Source of the DNA: Vicugna vicugna
Lineage: Eukaryota
Direction: 5' to 3'
NCBI GenBank assembly: GCA_013265495.1
Contig: MU058241.1
Coordinates: 1,055,249-1,119,248, forward strand
Length of the DNA stretch: 64,000 nt
Of the stretch, positions 52,590 to 63,944 are shown one piece after another (position 1 is the first letter of the stretch; each line of letters starts with the position of its first letter). The position numbers and the translations under genes were made by a program. Below the pieces are notes generated by a model, which was not told where the DNA came from, made no database searches, and saw only the letters and a program-made list of their open reading frames with translations.

Positions 52590-53988
52590 TATTCTCCTTC
52601 GTTCATAAATCTAGCTGAGTGGAAATATATTCATGCCCAACCAAAGCCTGCCTCACTCTCCTGCCTCCTAACTTCCCCTGACCGCTTCTGATAGGGAGAC
52701 GGGGCTGAGGAAGGAAAAGAGGAAAACAGAAAACTTAGAACTAAGTGCAATTCCTCGCTCCCCTGAAGCTCCGTCTGCTGCTGCCTTCCGTTAGTCTCAC
52801 GTCTGCCTGTGGTTCTTCTCCAGGTTTTATCTTTGGGGTTCCTGTATTTCCTTCTTGAAAAATCTTAACCTTCTGCTGAGAACTGTCACCTTCCTGTAGC
52901 AATGAGACTGACTTCTGATTTCCTCGGGTATTTCTCTGATTCCCAAACCACTTTAACACTCACCTAACCCCAAAGATTTCTTCTTGAGGGGAAAAAAGAA
53001 GCCATCCTGCGACAACTAACCTGAAAAGCATTTCCCAAACACTTTTTTCCTCCATTGAGCAGACAATTGAGTAACAGCAACCTTAAAAGCCAAGTAAATG
53101 TTTCCAAAATAAATGCTGGCTTTGCCAGAAAATATCTGTAAAGGTATTTCAATAGCTGTAATAAAACAAATACTTGCATAATGGGCAAACAGCACATCAG
53201 AAATATTTTTGCATTCCTTTCTGAGCACCTGTAGTTACTCAGGCTTCATTTCTGACTTGTCCCAAAACTCAAGAGATATTGAGTGAAGTGTTTGTTCTCC
53301 AATTCCTCCCTGCCACACACAGTGAATTTAGTAAAAAAAAAAAATTGCATTTGGCAGAAAGAGGATTGTTGTAGTTAATACACACCCAATTCAAATTATT
53401 TGCAGTTCCTTGCAATTCAGTCCTCTCAGTGGCAATCTGACAGAAAGGGCTGAAAAAAGTAAAACTTGGCACCACTGAGAAGCAATTACAGCAGGTCTTG
53501 ATTTGACTGCAAACTGCCTCGGGGAAAAATATTCCCACCTAAATTCATCGGGAACAGGTGCCGTGCTCACCAGTCATAACCAGCAAAGCATCGTTTTGGT
53601 AACTGCAGTTCCACAGAATTCATCCCTGTATTTGACAAGAAATTCTACCAGCGTCTATTCAGAGATATGATAACTTGCTCAATTGACAGGGAAAAAAAGG
53701 CCGATTCTTTATCTAAACTCTGATGAAACCGAACAAAAAGTAAGTGTCACCCCTATGGCACCTATTTTAATATATTAACACTGCAAAAATATGTCTCCAG
53801 AAACACCTAAAGTGTAACTTTCTCTGGTCTACTTTTCTCTAGAAACTCATGTTTAAAACCCCATACATTTAATAATGGAAATGCTGAAAACTCTACTCGA
53901 ATAGAAATCTCAGTCATAATCTATAATTCTACCCCTAGTTTCTAAATGGAAATTTTTAAAATTTATATAAAAATCCCATGATTTGCCT

Positions 53989-54390
53989 CAGTAGTTCTCA
54001 AGTAGGGGCAGGTTTGTTTGTCCACCCTTCAGTTCCCCCAAAAGGGACATGTACAATGTGTGGAGATATTTTTGGTTGTCAGGACAGGGAGGTGCCTCTG
54101 AATCTAGTGCGCAGAGGCCAGGGATACTGCTGAGCATCCCACAGCGCCCAGGACAGCCGCCGGGCATCCCACAGAGCCCAGGACAACCGCCGGGCATCCC
54201 ACAGCGCCCAGGACAGCCGCCGGGCATCCTACAGTGCACAGGACAGCCGCCGGGCATCCTACAGTGCACAGGACAGCCACTGGGCATCCTACAGTACACA
54301 GGACAGCCGCTGAGCATCCTATATTGCACAGAACAGCCCACAGCAATCATCCGGCCAAAATGACCACAGTGATACAGATGAGAAACCATG
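53989..54390 (+). mobile_element. MER20 hAT MITE carrying an internal minisatellite
   Basis: 'cagtagttctcaa...tggagatatttttggttgtca...gaggccagggatactgctgagcatcc...gatgagaaaccatg'. Confidence 0.9.
54131..54340. repeat. 30-bp minisatellite, 7 copies
   Basis: Unit of about cgggcatcc(c/t)acag(c/t)gc(c/a)caggacagccgc repeated in exact 30-bp phase. Confidence 0.97.
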
Positions 54391-54909
54391 GTTTATGTTG
54401 AGTGTTTATCGTTTCTCAATAAAATAAGTCTAAAACATGAGAAAATATATTCCTTAAATTAAATGTTACTTATTCTGAGGTTTTCCACATAAATATGAAT
54501 AAATTAGATAAAGATAGGAAGTAGTCTTCTGGAAAGTAAAATTCTTTATACTTTTTTTCCCAAAATGTGCTTTCCTGTATTCCTGAAGAAACACTTCATA
54601 AGTTCTTACTTCAAAGGCATCTCAGTAAAAAAAGACTGAAACGTTAAGTGAAATTAAATCATAAATATTCAACTTCTGTTCAATTCCTTTCAAACTGCCA
54701 CATGGATTTCAAAATTAAAGTTGAAATCTACCAGACAAATAAGTTAAGTGTTCATCCTGCAATCTAGACATTAGGGGCATTTGTCAAATGAAGAAATTGA
54801 TATTTTTCACCTCTAAAACTTTCATAGAACTATTTTTTATTATAGACTCTAATCTTGGTTGCTTGACTAGCATCAAGTCAAGATCTCACTTTATTTAAAA
54901 TAAGAGTGT

Positions 54910-55465
54910 TAAAACTGAGGACCACCTTAATCCAACCAGCAGAAGCAATGAGACTGATCAAAACAGTATGCCCTATGATAGAACGCGATGAAAAGAACAG
55001 AGCATCACTTCTGCGCTACCCTGACAAAGATGTGCAGCCTAGACAGAATCATGAGGAGATATCAGATAAACCCCAATGGAGGGGGCATTCCATGAAAGGG
55101 CTGGCTCATAAACTTCAACTGCGCCAAGATCAAGGAAGTCACAGAAAGATGAGGAAGCAGATCAAAGGCAACTACTCTTGGCAGTACCTAATTCTAACTG
55201 GCTCCACTTGCTACAAAGGACATTATTAGGACAACTGGTGAAGCTTCGGTGGGGTCTGATGAGGAGGAGGTAGTAATATAACCATGTTAATTCCCTGATT
55301 TGGATGCCTGTACTGAGTTTACATACAAACAGACATGCACACCGTACTATTTAGGCTCTGAGGCATCACATGGGTAATTTACCTCCAAATGTTTCAGGAA
55401 AAAGGAAAGTTCTTTGTACTCTACTTGTAACTTTTCTATAAGTTGGTGATTGTTTCAAAGTAATA
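54910..55465 (+). mobile_element. Old L1 (L1MC/MD-like) 3' end
   Basis: 'aatcatgaggagatatcagataaacccca', 'aaaggacattattaggacaactggtgaa' and 'cttgtaacttttctataagttggtgattgtttcaaa'. Confidence 0.8.
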
Positions 55466-55794
55466 CATGTGTAACAGTTTGTCTCAAAATTATATACATA
55501 TATTTACAAATTATTGTTTCAAAAAGAAGGATATATAGTTGCTTTTTTAAAAATGTATTAACTAGATTTTTTATATTGAGTTATAGTCAATTTATAATGT
55601 TGTGTAAGGATATATATATACTTTGAATCGGTACCAACTCAACCCCAATGAAGCCATACTGCTCCAGGAAAAAAAAAAAAAAAGAAAAAGTTTAAATTAT
55701 CCATACCGTAAAACTGAGAAACTAATAATGAAATGTGTTCACTTAAGGTTACGCCCATAAGAATATCTTACTTACTACTGAATGAGGTGGGTAC

Positions 55795-56260
55795 TTCATA
55801 ATGGTCAACAGGCAAAATCAACCCAAATGCCCATCAACTGATGAAAGACAAAATGTGATATATCCAACACAACGAGTATTTTTCAGCCATAAAAAAGAAT
55901 GGACTTCTAATATATTCTGTAACATGGATGAACCTTGAAAACATTACGTTAAGTGAAAGAAGCCAGATGCAAAAAGGGCACATGTATGGCTCCATTCATA
56001 TGAAATGTACAGAATGGGGACATCAACAGAAACAGAAAGCAGATTAGTGGTTGCTTAAGGCTAACTGGGGGCAGGAGGCACTGGGAGTGACAGCTAAAGG
56101 ATACGAGATTTCTCTCTGAGGTGATAAAACTACATTAAAATTGACTGCAGGTAACGGTGGCACGTATCTATGACTATATTAATAAAACACTGAATTGTGC
56201 ACTTCAACTGGGTGAATTTTATGGTACATGAAATGCATCTAAATAAGGCTATTTAAGAAA
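55795..56260 (+). mobile_element. Old L1 (L1MB-like) 3' end
   Basis: 'caacccaaatgcccatcaactgatg', 'aacatggatgaaccttgaaaacattacgttaagtgaaagaagccaga' and 'agattagtggttgc'. Confidence 0.9.
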
Positions 56261-56444
56261 AGAGTCAGGTACTATTTTTCTTCTCGCCTAAAATTTTTGT
56301 AAATTACACAATGTACTCTGTTTATCCATTGGTTCATTTATTCAGCAAATATCTTGTCACTGAATGTTGCTGAAGTCAAACACGAGTAGGAATAGACATG
56401 GCAAAATGGCTACCAAAGACTCCTTCCTATGTCACTAGCCATGT

Positions 56445-56988
56445 TGAAGACAGGAGGGAAGGGGGCAGGTCGCAATGATTAGAAGAATGACACAGCCATT
56501 GAGGATAGGACACAAACTGGTTAGAACCAACCAGGCCCCAGACGGTGGAAGATCTGACTTCCAGTAGACTTTGAGCCTCATTATACGCTCACTGTAAAAC
56601 TTTAGCTGCTAAATGACATACCCACAGGCATCGTAACAGTTCTGAGGCTGACTAATAAAGGCCAGGAAGTGGGCAGTGGCCCGATTCCTGGGAATCCTTG
56701 CCCTCTCCCCAAAATAGCTGGAAAAATCCTCCCATTTGTTAGCCTATGAAACCACTCTGCCCATATAAACCAACCATCTCTGCACTCCGGGGCCACCCTC
56801 CCTTCTGAGAAGAACCCATTCTTTGGAGTGTGTCTCTCTCTAAATAAACTTGCTTTCACTTTACTATGGCTCGCCCTTGAATTCTTTCCTGCACGGAGCC
56901 AAGGACCCTCACTTGACAAGGCACATTCCAGGGACTCACCCAAGATATGGGACACGACCATCATCTCACACCCCATTTTCCTGCAAAA
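56445..56988 (+). mobile_element. MER41-like ERV1 solo LTR
   Basis: TG start, TATA-like 'catataaa', 'ctaaataaacttgctttcactttactatggctcgcccttgaattctttcctgc...agccaaggaccc' resembling the MER41 R/U5 region, and a 4-bp TSD atgt at 56441-56444 and 56989-56992. Confidence 0.85.
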
Positions 56989-57389
56989 ATGTGTTTAAAT
57001 GTCACGCATACCAAGCCTCATAAATGAGAGCACAAGGAAAGGGAATTACCTATACGAATTATGCTCACCATCTCTGGCATCCACATTAGCCTTCAGATCC
57101 TTATTTACTGGAGAGGGACAGCTTAGTGTGTTCAGTTAAACAACCTGAGTCTTTAAACTGTGGTTCTGCAACACTGACACATTCCTAGTATATGAAATAT
57201 TTGGAAGTCTACTAAATACCACTTTGTTCCTGGGTTATGCCACGCGTACTCAGAAACACTCAGCTGCAGTGACTACGGCATCAGAGTGTCCCAGTTTCCC
57301 CATTCACGTTGTCTACGTCATTCTTTCTTTCACTCACCCCTTCTTAATGTCTCTCTCCTCCCATTTTTCAGATATACTGATGAGGATAT

Positions 57390-57955
57390 TGAAAATGAGC
57401 AGGACCCTGTGGCGCCCTCCTGGGTACAAAGCCTTTCCATGTCCCCAGTTTCTTGTTTGCAGGAAAAAGGTGTCAGCCCCTAGACCTACCCTGAGTCCCA
57501 AAGGGCAGATTCAAACAGCTACTAATCAGGGAAGGGAGGGGGTGCAGAAACAAAGGAGGAGCAATCAAGAAACAATGGTGCAGCCTTGAGGCAGGGTCCT
57601 GGTTCCTACCTAAGGAATGCACATAACCATATCTTTGAGTTCTTCCACTGGAACCAAGACTCCTACCCTAGTGGAGGATGGTTAACTTCAGGCTTAGCCC
57701 AAGATTCCTGGACCACTGCCCTGGTACCTCCCCACAAACCAGTCAGAGAAAGTCACATATCGTGGAGCTCTCACCCCAAATTTTGCCTATGAAAACGTCT
57801 CCCACGAAATCATCTGAGGGCTCAGGATTTTTGGGCATGAGCTGCCTGTTCTCCGTGCTTGGTCCTGCAGTAAACCTTTCTCTGCTCTAACCTCCGATGT
57901 TTTGGTTTGTTTGGCCTTACTGTGTGTCGGGCACACAAACTTGCATTTGGTAGCA
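57390..57955 (+). mobile_element. ERV1-class solo LTR
   Basis: TG...CA termini, an AGTAAA poly(A)-like signal, a 4-bp TSD atat at 57386-57389 and 57956-57959, and homology to 11333-11921. Confidence 0.9.
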
Positions 57956-58433
57956 ATATCAGAAGCACATTTCTTAGGAATTTTACTTTCATTTTTATTT
58001 CCTCTCTTTTATTTTAGGAACGTAGCCTCCAGAGAAATTTGTTTTAGCTTCCTAAAACTTCCTGACCAAGTTACTACCATTTTTCTCTTAGAGTCTAGGA
58101 CTTAAACTGGAGGTTTTCTGAATTCAATCTTCAAATAGCAGCAACAGCCTCCCTCGGAAGCTGGGCAAAAGTGCCAGTCACTGAGGTCCACCCAGATCAA
58201 CTGAATCATGCACCAGCATTTATGAGAATGCCCACTATGCCACAGCATGGGTTAAGGAAAGGGATTCAGTGGAGAATGTGGAAAAGTCCAAAACCAAGGG
58301 CAGTGAGAGAAGAGAAGCCATTGCTTCCGTCCACTCGATAGCTGGACACACAGTGTGGGTCTAGGCTACACTGCTCTCCTCTGTTTGTAGCACAAGCAGT
58401 GAAGTAACAGGCAGACTTCCTGGCTGCCTGGCA

Positions 58434-58966
58434 GGCAGAACTGGGCACCAGATACTTACAGCTGCTGGGAACCCGAGCACTCTGGGTCCCACTGGGTACT
58501 TACAGCCCCTCCTGTCACGAGGAGCTGAGTGTGTGTGCAGCGCTCCCCCTCCACCACCACACGTACACCCTGGGGAAAGGGGAGGAAGCCCCTTGACTCC
58601 AAACTGCCCAACGTCCATGCAACCGAGAGGGAGCAGCGAGGGCCACGCTGAAAGCTCAGCCCAGTGCACCTCAAGCGTCTGCACGCCATGCTTGAACAGC
58701 TGCTGGGCAGAACTGGGCACCAGCCACTTACAGCTGCTGGGAACCCGGGCACTCTGGGTCCCACTGGGTACTTACAGCCCCTCCTGTCACGAGGAGCTGA
58801 GTGTGTGTGCAGCACTCCCCCTCCACCACCACACATACACCCTGGGGAAAGGGGAAGAAGCCCCTTGACTCCAAACTGCCCAACGTCCATGCAACCGAGA
58901 GGGAGCAGCGAGGGCCACGCTGAAAGCTCAGCCCAGTGCACCTCAAGCGTCTGCACGCCATGCTTG
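58434..58966. repeat. 272-bp direct tandem duplication (~2 copies)
   Basis: 58434-58694 matches 58706-58966 with only a handful of substitutions. Confidence 0.97.
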
Positions 58967-59129
58967 GAGAAGTGCCTTCCCAGCTATCACACAAGCTCTG
59001 GCCTTTCGGATTTCCTTAGTATGTGCCTTTTCCCACCTGCTATCCTGGAGGAAAACAATTACGGAAGTGCCTAACTTGTGAGGTTCCATTTCCTTTCCAA
59101 GCCTGAACACAGGCTCACTTCCAACAAGG

Positions 59130-59275
59130 GAAGCACGTGAGGTAACGGATGTGTTGGTTACCTCTATGGGGGATCCTTTTACAATGGATTCGTACATCAG
59201 ATCAGCACCTTGCACCCTTTCAGTATCTTAAAATTTTACTCGTCAACTGTACCTCAAAAATACTGGGAAAAAAGA
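59130..59275 (+). mobile_element. L1 (L1MA/MB-like) terminal 3' fragment
   Basis: 'gtgaggtaacggatgtgtt...tcgtcaactgtacctcaaaaatactgggaaaaaa'. Confidence 0.75.
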
Positions 59276-61019
59276 GCAAACCAAGTCAGAAGCACCCGTT
59301 AAAGATCTGGTCTTAACAAGACTCAGTGGGTGTGCTATATATTAAATTCACAGAACCCGTATCTTCAAATGAAATTGCAGAAGAGGGTTAGGACAGACAG
59401 TAAAATGCAAAAACAGCGTAGACACGTGAAGTCCTGGGGTGATGCGTCCTGACTGAGGTTAGCAGGCAGACTTCCTAAACAGAGCAGGCAACCCAACACA
59501 GGGTCTTAGGGGCCCCACGGAGCGGGGGCGGGGGGGGCGCGTGGAGGAGAAGACGGCGGAGGGGAAGAAATGAGGTCGTGGACTGACATAGATGCGAAAA
59601 GGTAACACCCCGTACCCAAGTCACCAGATGCCTGACTCCCGGGCTGCTTTGTTGAGCGTGTACATGAAGCGCCCTTGCGCGGAGAGAGGGCGCTCTATAT
59701 TGAGGAAGGGTTTAAAAGAAAGAAGACAAAATGAGGGCCTCCACCCAGATCTTGGAACCTCAGAATGCTAACTATTCAGCCCTCCCCTGCGGTCGGGCAG
59801 GCGAAGCCAAATTTGCATTTGAATCCCAGCTCTGGAGCCTGAAAACGGCCAAGCATTCTTTTTTCTCTTGAAGTGGAAATTCAAGTTGGTAACAATATTC
59901 CAACTTTAGTCTTTCCAAGGGGAAAGACTCCAAGGTTTCAGGCGTAGGATTAAGTTCCTAAATCCTGGGAGGTGTACAGAGTGAGCCATTTGCCAAAACA
60001 TTTACTCTTTCAGTCCTAATGCCTGGGCAAAGGGGGCTGGCCTGATGCCCTCAGAACCACACAAGGATCAAGGCACCATTCCCTGAGTCTTCACCTAGAG
60101 ATCGGCCATTGACCTACATTCAGGATGACTCAACAGAACTTTGGGCTATTAATTTTCTAAGTCTATTTAAAAATAACAATCTGATTTTCAATAGTAAAAG
60201 TTCCAACTGTATACATACGTATCTGATAAAGGACCAAGATCAGCTGCTAGTATATTACCACACCACGGAAAATACATTTTTTTAAACATTAAGTCAAGAA
60301 GCCTAGTATTAAACTTAAAACGGGAGGGCAGGGCAAAATCAAGGGTACCAGTGCACGGATCACTCTTTTATATTGTAGGACAGTGCCCCCTGCAGGAAGA
60401 ACTAATGTTCTTTATTTCAGAGTAAAGGTTTTCAGCAATTGCAATTTTTTGTGTTTGGTTTGGTTAAGTAAAGTAACAGAGAGGTGAGAAGTCTGTTAGG
60501 ATATTTCATATTGAAAATGCTACTATGCTTGCAGCACTAATTCAGATCACATACAATGTGCAAAAAATAAATCTTTTAGTTTCCTAAGAAAATATTAAAC
60601 CACATTATAAAAACTGCCACAAAGGGAAGCTGTTTGCCAACCATATATAATAAATAGACACGAATCCCCTTTTAAGCAATAAAAAATACACACCAAAGTT
60701 CACCGGTACATGTCATTTCTCTTCACTGCAGTGGGGAAACGAATCCCACAGTCAGAGAACTAATTAAAATAAAAGGTCTTTCTTGCAGATCTGTCCTTGC
60801 TTTAAAATAACACTCTATCTAAAGTTTGCCAATGAACTATCGTACCTTCAGTTTACAGTAGATAAAATAATTCCACAAATCTAGTCTAATTCTGAGCAAG
60901 TGTAGTTAAACTCTGAAAGGGGTGTGGAATAAGAAAACAAATTGACAACTTCTTTTTTCAAAGTAGCTAATCACCTGAAATATTTCTCCTCAGAAATGAT
61001 CTTTTGAGAGTACATGAGC

Positions 61020-61880
61020 TGCAGACTGGGCTCTCTGGAAGCAGATACTGAGATGGGTCCTGGAAGGCGGCATCGTCATCGGAAATTTTTTGAAAGGCAC
61101 AATGTGAAAGCTGTGAATTTCAGTTTAACTCGAGGACCTTACTGAGGACTACAGCCTGAAAGCAGCCTCTCAGTAGCCCTGAGGGGACTCCGAAGAGGGA
61201 GGAGGAGAGAACAGCGTATTTATGGTTTTGGCTAAATACGTGCAGTCAAGCATACAACTCGGTAGAAGGTGACTGCTAGTCGTTAGGAACAGGTATCTCT
61301 GTTAATGATTTTCGTGCTTTTCTACATATGGAGAGGTGCAAGAATCCAGGTTCTTAATTTTTTCCCTGAAAAATCTCTAACTGCTTGAAGGGCTGGTTTA
61401 CCCACAGCACTGAGCGCCTCGTCCTACTTTTCATCCTGAGCCCCTTTCAAGGCGCACTGCCTACGACTGCAGCGTAACGACTTCATCCCTGTAGACCCAG
61501 GTAGTGAGCAACATTCGTTTTCAGTCGCAGCATTAATTATGGATCAACACAGGAGGAAAGGAGGGGAGGAAACAGGAGGTGGTGGAGAAGGGCTGACCTG
61601 CAGTGCAGCCCCGACAAAGCTCTGGCCGAGCCCACAGGAGCTCAGGTGCAGATGTGCCCCCTTAGAGCTGTCCTGGGTCGGACTGGAATGACTGGGCTCT
61701 CTGCTCCTAGCTCAAGCACTCTTTGGGTGTGAGTCAGCTCCGGAGAGACATGCCCTCGAGCAAAGGGACACTCTGCAGCTGAAACAAGTCTAAGGGAGCT
61801 GCCTTCTCACCGCCCCCAACCCCCCCACCCAAACTGGGCTGCAAGGCCTTCCTGAAGGGGTGTGGGTGGCAGGTCACGGA
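61020..61880 (-). mobile_element. ERVL LTR16-like element split by a younger LTR
   Basis: 'gggctctctggaagcagatactgagatgg' resumes after 61533 as 'ggatcaacac...ggcagaaggagaag'-type LTR16 sequence and runs to 'gccttcctgaagggg'. Confidence 0.7.
61074..61529 (-). mobile_element. ERV1-class solo LTR (MER34/LTR39-like) nested in LTR16
   Basis: Reverse-complement homology to 52123-52589 and a 4-bp TSD gcat at 61070-61073 and 61530-61533. Confidence 0.85.
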
Positions 61881-62758
61881 TCCTCCTGTCTCCTCTGTTA
61901 CCCATCCTTGTCCAGGGGGCACGTCCGTCTCTTCTAGATCCCAGCTTCTCCTCCCAGAGAAGCTGAGCACAGAGAGGTCACAGGACAGACCACGGCCCCA
62001 AGTTCTGCACCTTCTGCTAGGTACCCCAATGCTCGCTCACTGCCATCTCTGTTGGGCTGTTGGCTTCCTTGACAGAGGAACAGAAGTCCTGGTCCCAGAG
62101 GGGCTGGAGCCCAGGCAGCCTTCTTGCACCTTTTTTGGTGAAAATAAGTCACTTGCATGACACACCTCTTTCTCCCTCCCTCACTGGGTTAATAAGAGCT
62201 TTCTTATCTCTTCTCAATATGAGGGTCATAATGGTGACGCCCTCTTTTCTTGCCTGGGGTGCCAAGGCAGCAGCTGTAGCTTATAGTTTCACTGGATTCT
62301 TTCTTGCCCCCTGGCAAATGTGTGCTGCCTCCAGGGAGCAGCACTAGTAATCCTGCAAGGCTGAGAGCTCCAGAGACAGGAAACACAAAGGGCCCCGGCC
62401 GGTCAGTGGGAGTGGTGAAGACTGGGGACCTTCCTGCTCTTACCCTCTGGCTCCAGGACTCATGTAATCATCTCACCGGAGACACAGTACCACATCCTAC
62501 CTTTAAATGTGGATACCACACACTGAAGAACAGCACCCCATTTTCACACGCAGCCAGACTGCTGCCTCATTTCTCACTCATTAGTTATCTTGTCCCCTGA
62601 CACCTGCGTATCGTCCGATTTCTAACTGGTACGTGGTCAGTTTTTAGCTTCTTATTCCTGAGTTTGTCTGTTCTCGGATTCCTGCCCTGATGTTGTTTTT
62701 CCATTTTCGCTCTTGGAATCAGGGCACTGCAGGAAGCTGTGCGATTCTGCAGTGCCCA

Positions 62759-62772
62759 ACACCAGGGGGCGC
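62759..62772 (+). promoter_or_regulatory. Candidate CTCF core motif
   Basis: acaccagggggcgc matches CCACCAGGGGGCGC at 13 of 14 positions. Motif only; binding is unknown. Confidence 0.45.
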
Positions 62773-62809
62773 ACTTTGTAAAGGATTGTCTCTGAGGACA
62801 GTGGGTGCA

Positions 62810-62990
62810 GTTTCTTCAGAACACAGCGGAAGCAGAACTATATTCAGCATCTTGTAGAAACTTGCGGTGAGGAGTGCGAAGGCGCATGTATGTGTGTTCA
62901 TGAGTGACTGGGGCATTGTGCTGGGCACCAGAAATTGACACAACATAGTGAGCTGACTATACTTCAAAAAAAATACATACACAAAAAAAA
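62810..62990 (+). mobile_element. Short lineage-specific L1 3'UTR, strongly GC-shifted
   Basis: Aligns by eye to the L1 3'UTRs at ~27715-27865 and 30495-30635 ('gaactatattca', 'ccagaaattgacaca', 'tgactatacttcaa') and has an A tail. Confidence 0.85.
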
Positions 62991-63944
62991 TGACTTTGAT
63001 GGACCACATGTCAGTTACCTTGAATATCAGCTTAACCAGAAAAATCTCACTTTCCAACAAAGATGTGTAAATGAGGCAATAAAAAAAAAGAACACAGCAC
63101 AATGCCATGTCTACTGAATAAAAGACATACCTAAGTCCATAATCGTGGCTCAGAGATGCTTTCTTATATTGAGAGGTTGGTGTTTGGAGAGAAAGAAATG
63201 ACTGTCATCAGTGATCTTCATCAGGACACATTGTTATCTAATAATCTAATAACCTGACTACTGGGAATACTATATGATCTATACATACATCAGTCATAAG
63301 TAACCAAAGAAGTATTATCACCATTAATCACCAAAATCTCCACTGCTAGCATTAAAAAAATCAACACACCACTAGTGTGAAAAAGAGTTTTTCTGAAGGT
63401 CCATTCTGTGAGAGTGATGTGCACATTTTTAGACAAAAAAAAAAAAGATGAGAACCTGCCTCTAAGTTTTATAGTTTCCATTTCCTGTGCTTTTTCTCTC
63501 TGATGGCTTGTAAGGGTCATAAAACCTTTGAGAAACTTGAAATATCGAGGTGCTTTCCCTGAGAAAAATGTAATTTTGGACACGCACATACAGTTTTCAG
63601 CTGTCGATGACCTCCCTAAAGGACATCCACAGATTTGGGAAGATTCTGTGGGTTTAGAATTTGGGAGCCAGGGTGAAACAGAATACGCGCTGAGTTTGCG
63701 TTCAAAAGCCTCGGTGGCAATCATGGTTCCATCACTTATTAAAGGCGTGGCCTTCTGCAAGGCAACGCTCTCTCAGGGACATTTTATCAGCTGCAGCATG
63801 CATATAATTATTTTATGTAATCATACTTTACATAATGTTTATGGACATCACATGAGAAGACAAAGGGAAAATTTCTGCACAAAGCTGGGTGCTAATCTTT
63901 TTTTAAAAGTTAGATTAATTATGTTGTTTAAGACACACATTTCT

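Noticed and set aside
54131..54340. CRISPR-like array
   Set aside because: The repeats are contiguous with no unique spacers, the context is eukaryotic and there are no cas genes.
53988..54389. Repetitive Pro/Gly/Cys-rich ORFs on both strands
   Set aside because: They result from a stop-free 30-bp minisatellite inside MER20.
58266..59215. Cluster of overlapping ORFs
   Set aside because: Explained by high GC content and the 272-bp duplication; no protein-like signal.
63290..63760. 156-aa minus-strand ORF
   Set aside because: Non-ATG start, runs through a homopolymer tract and shows no recognisable homology.
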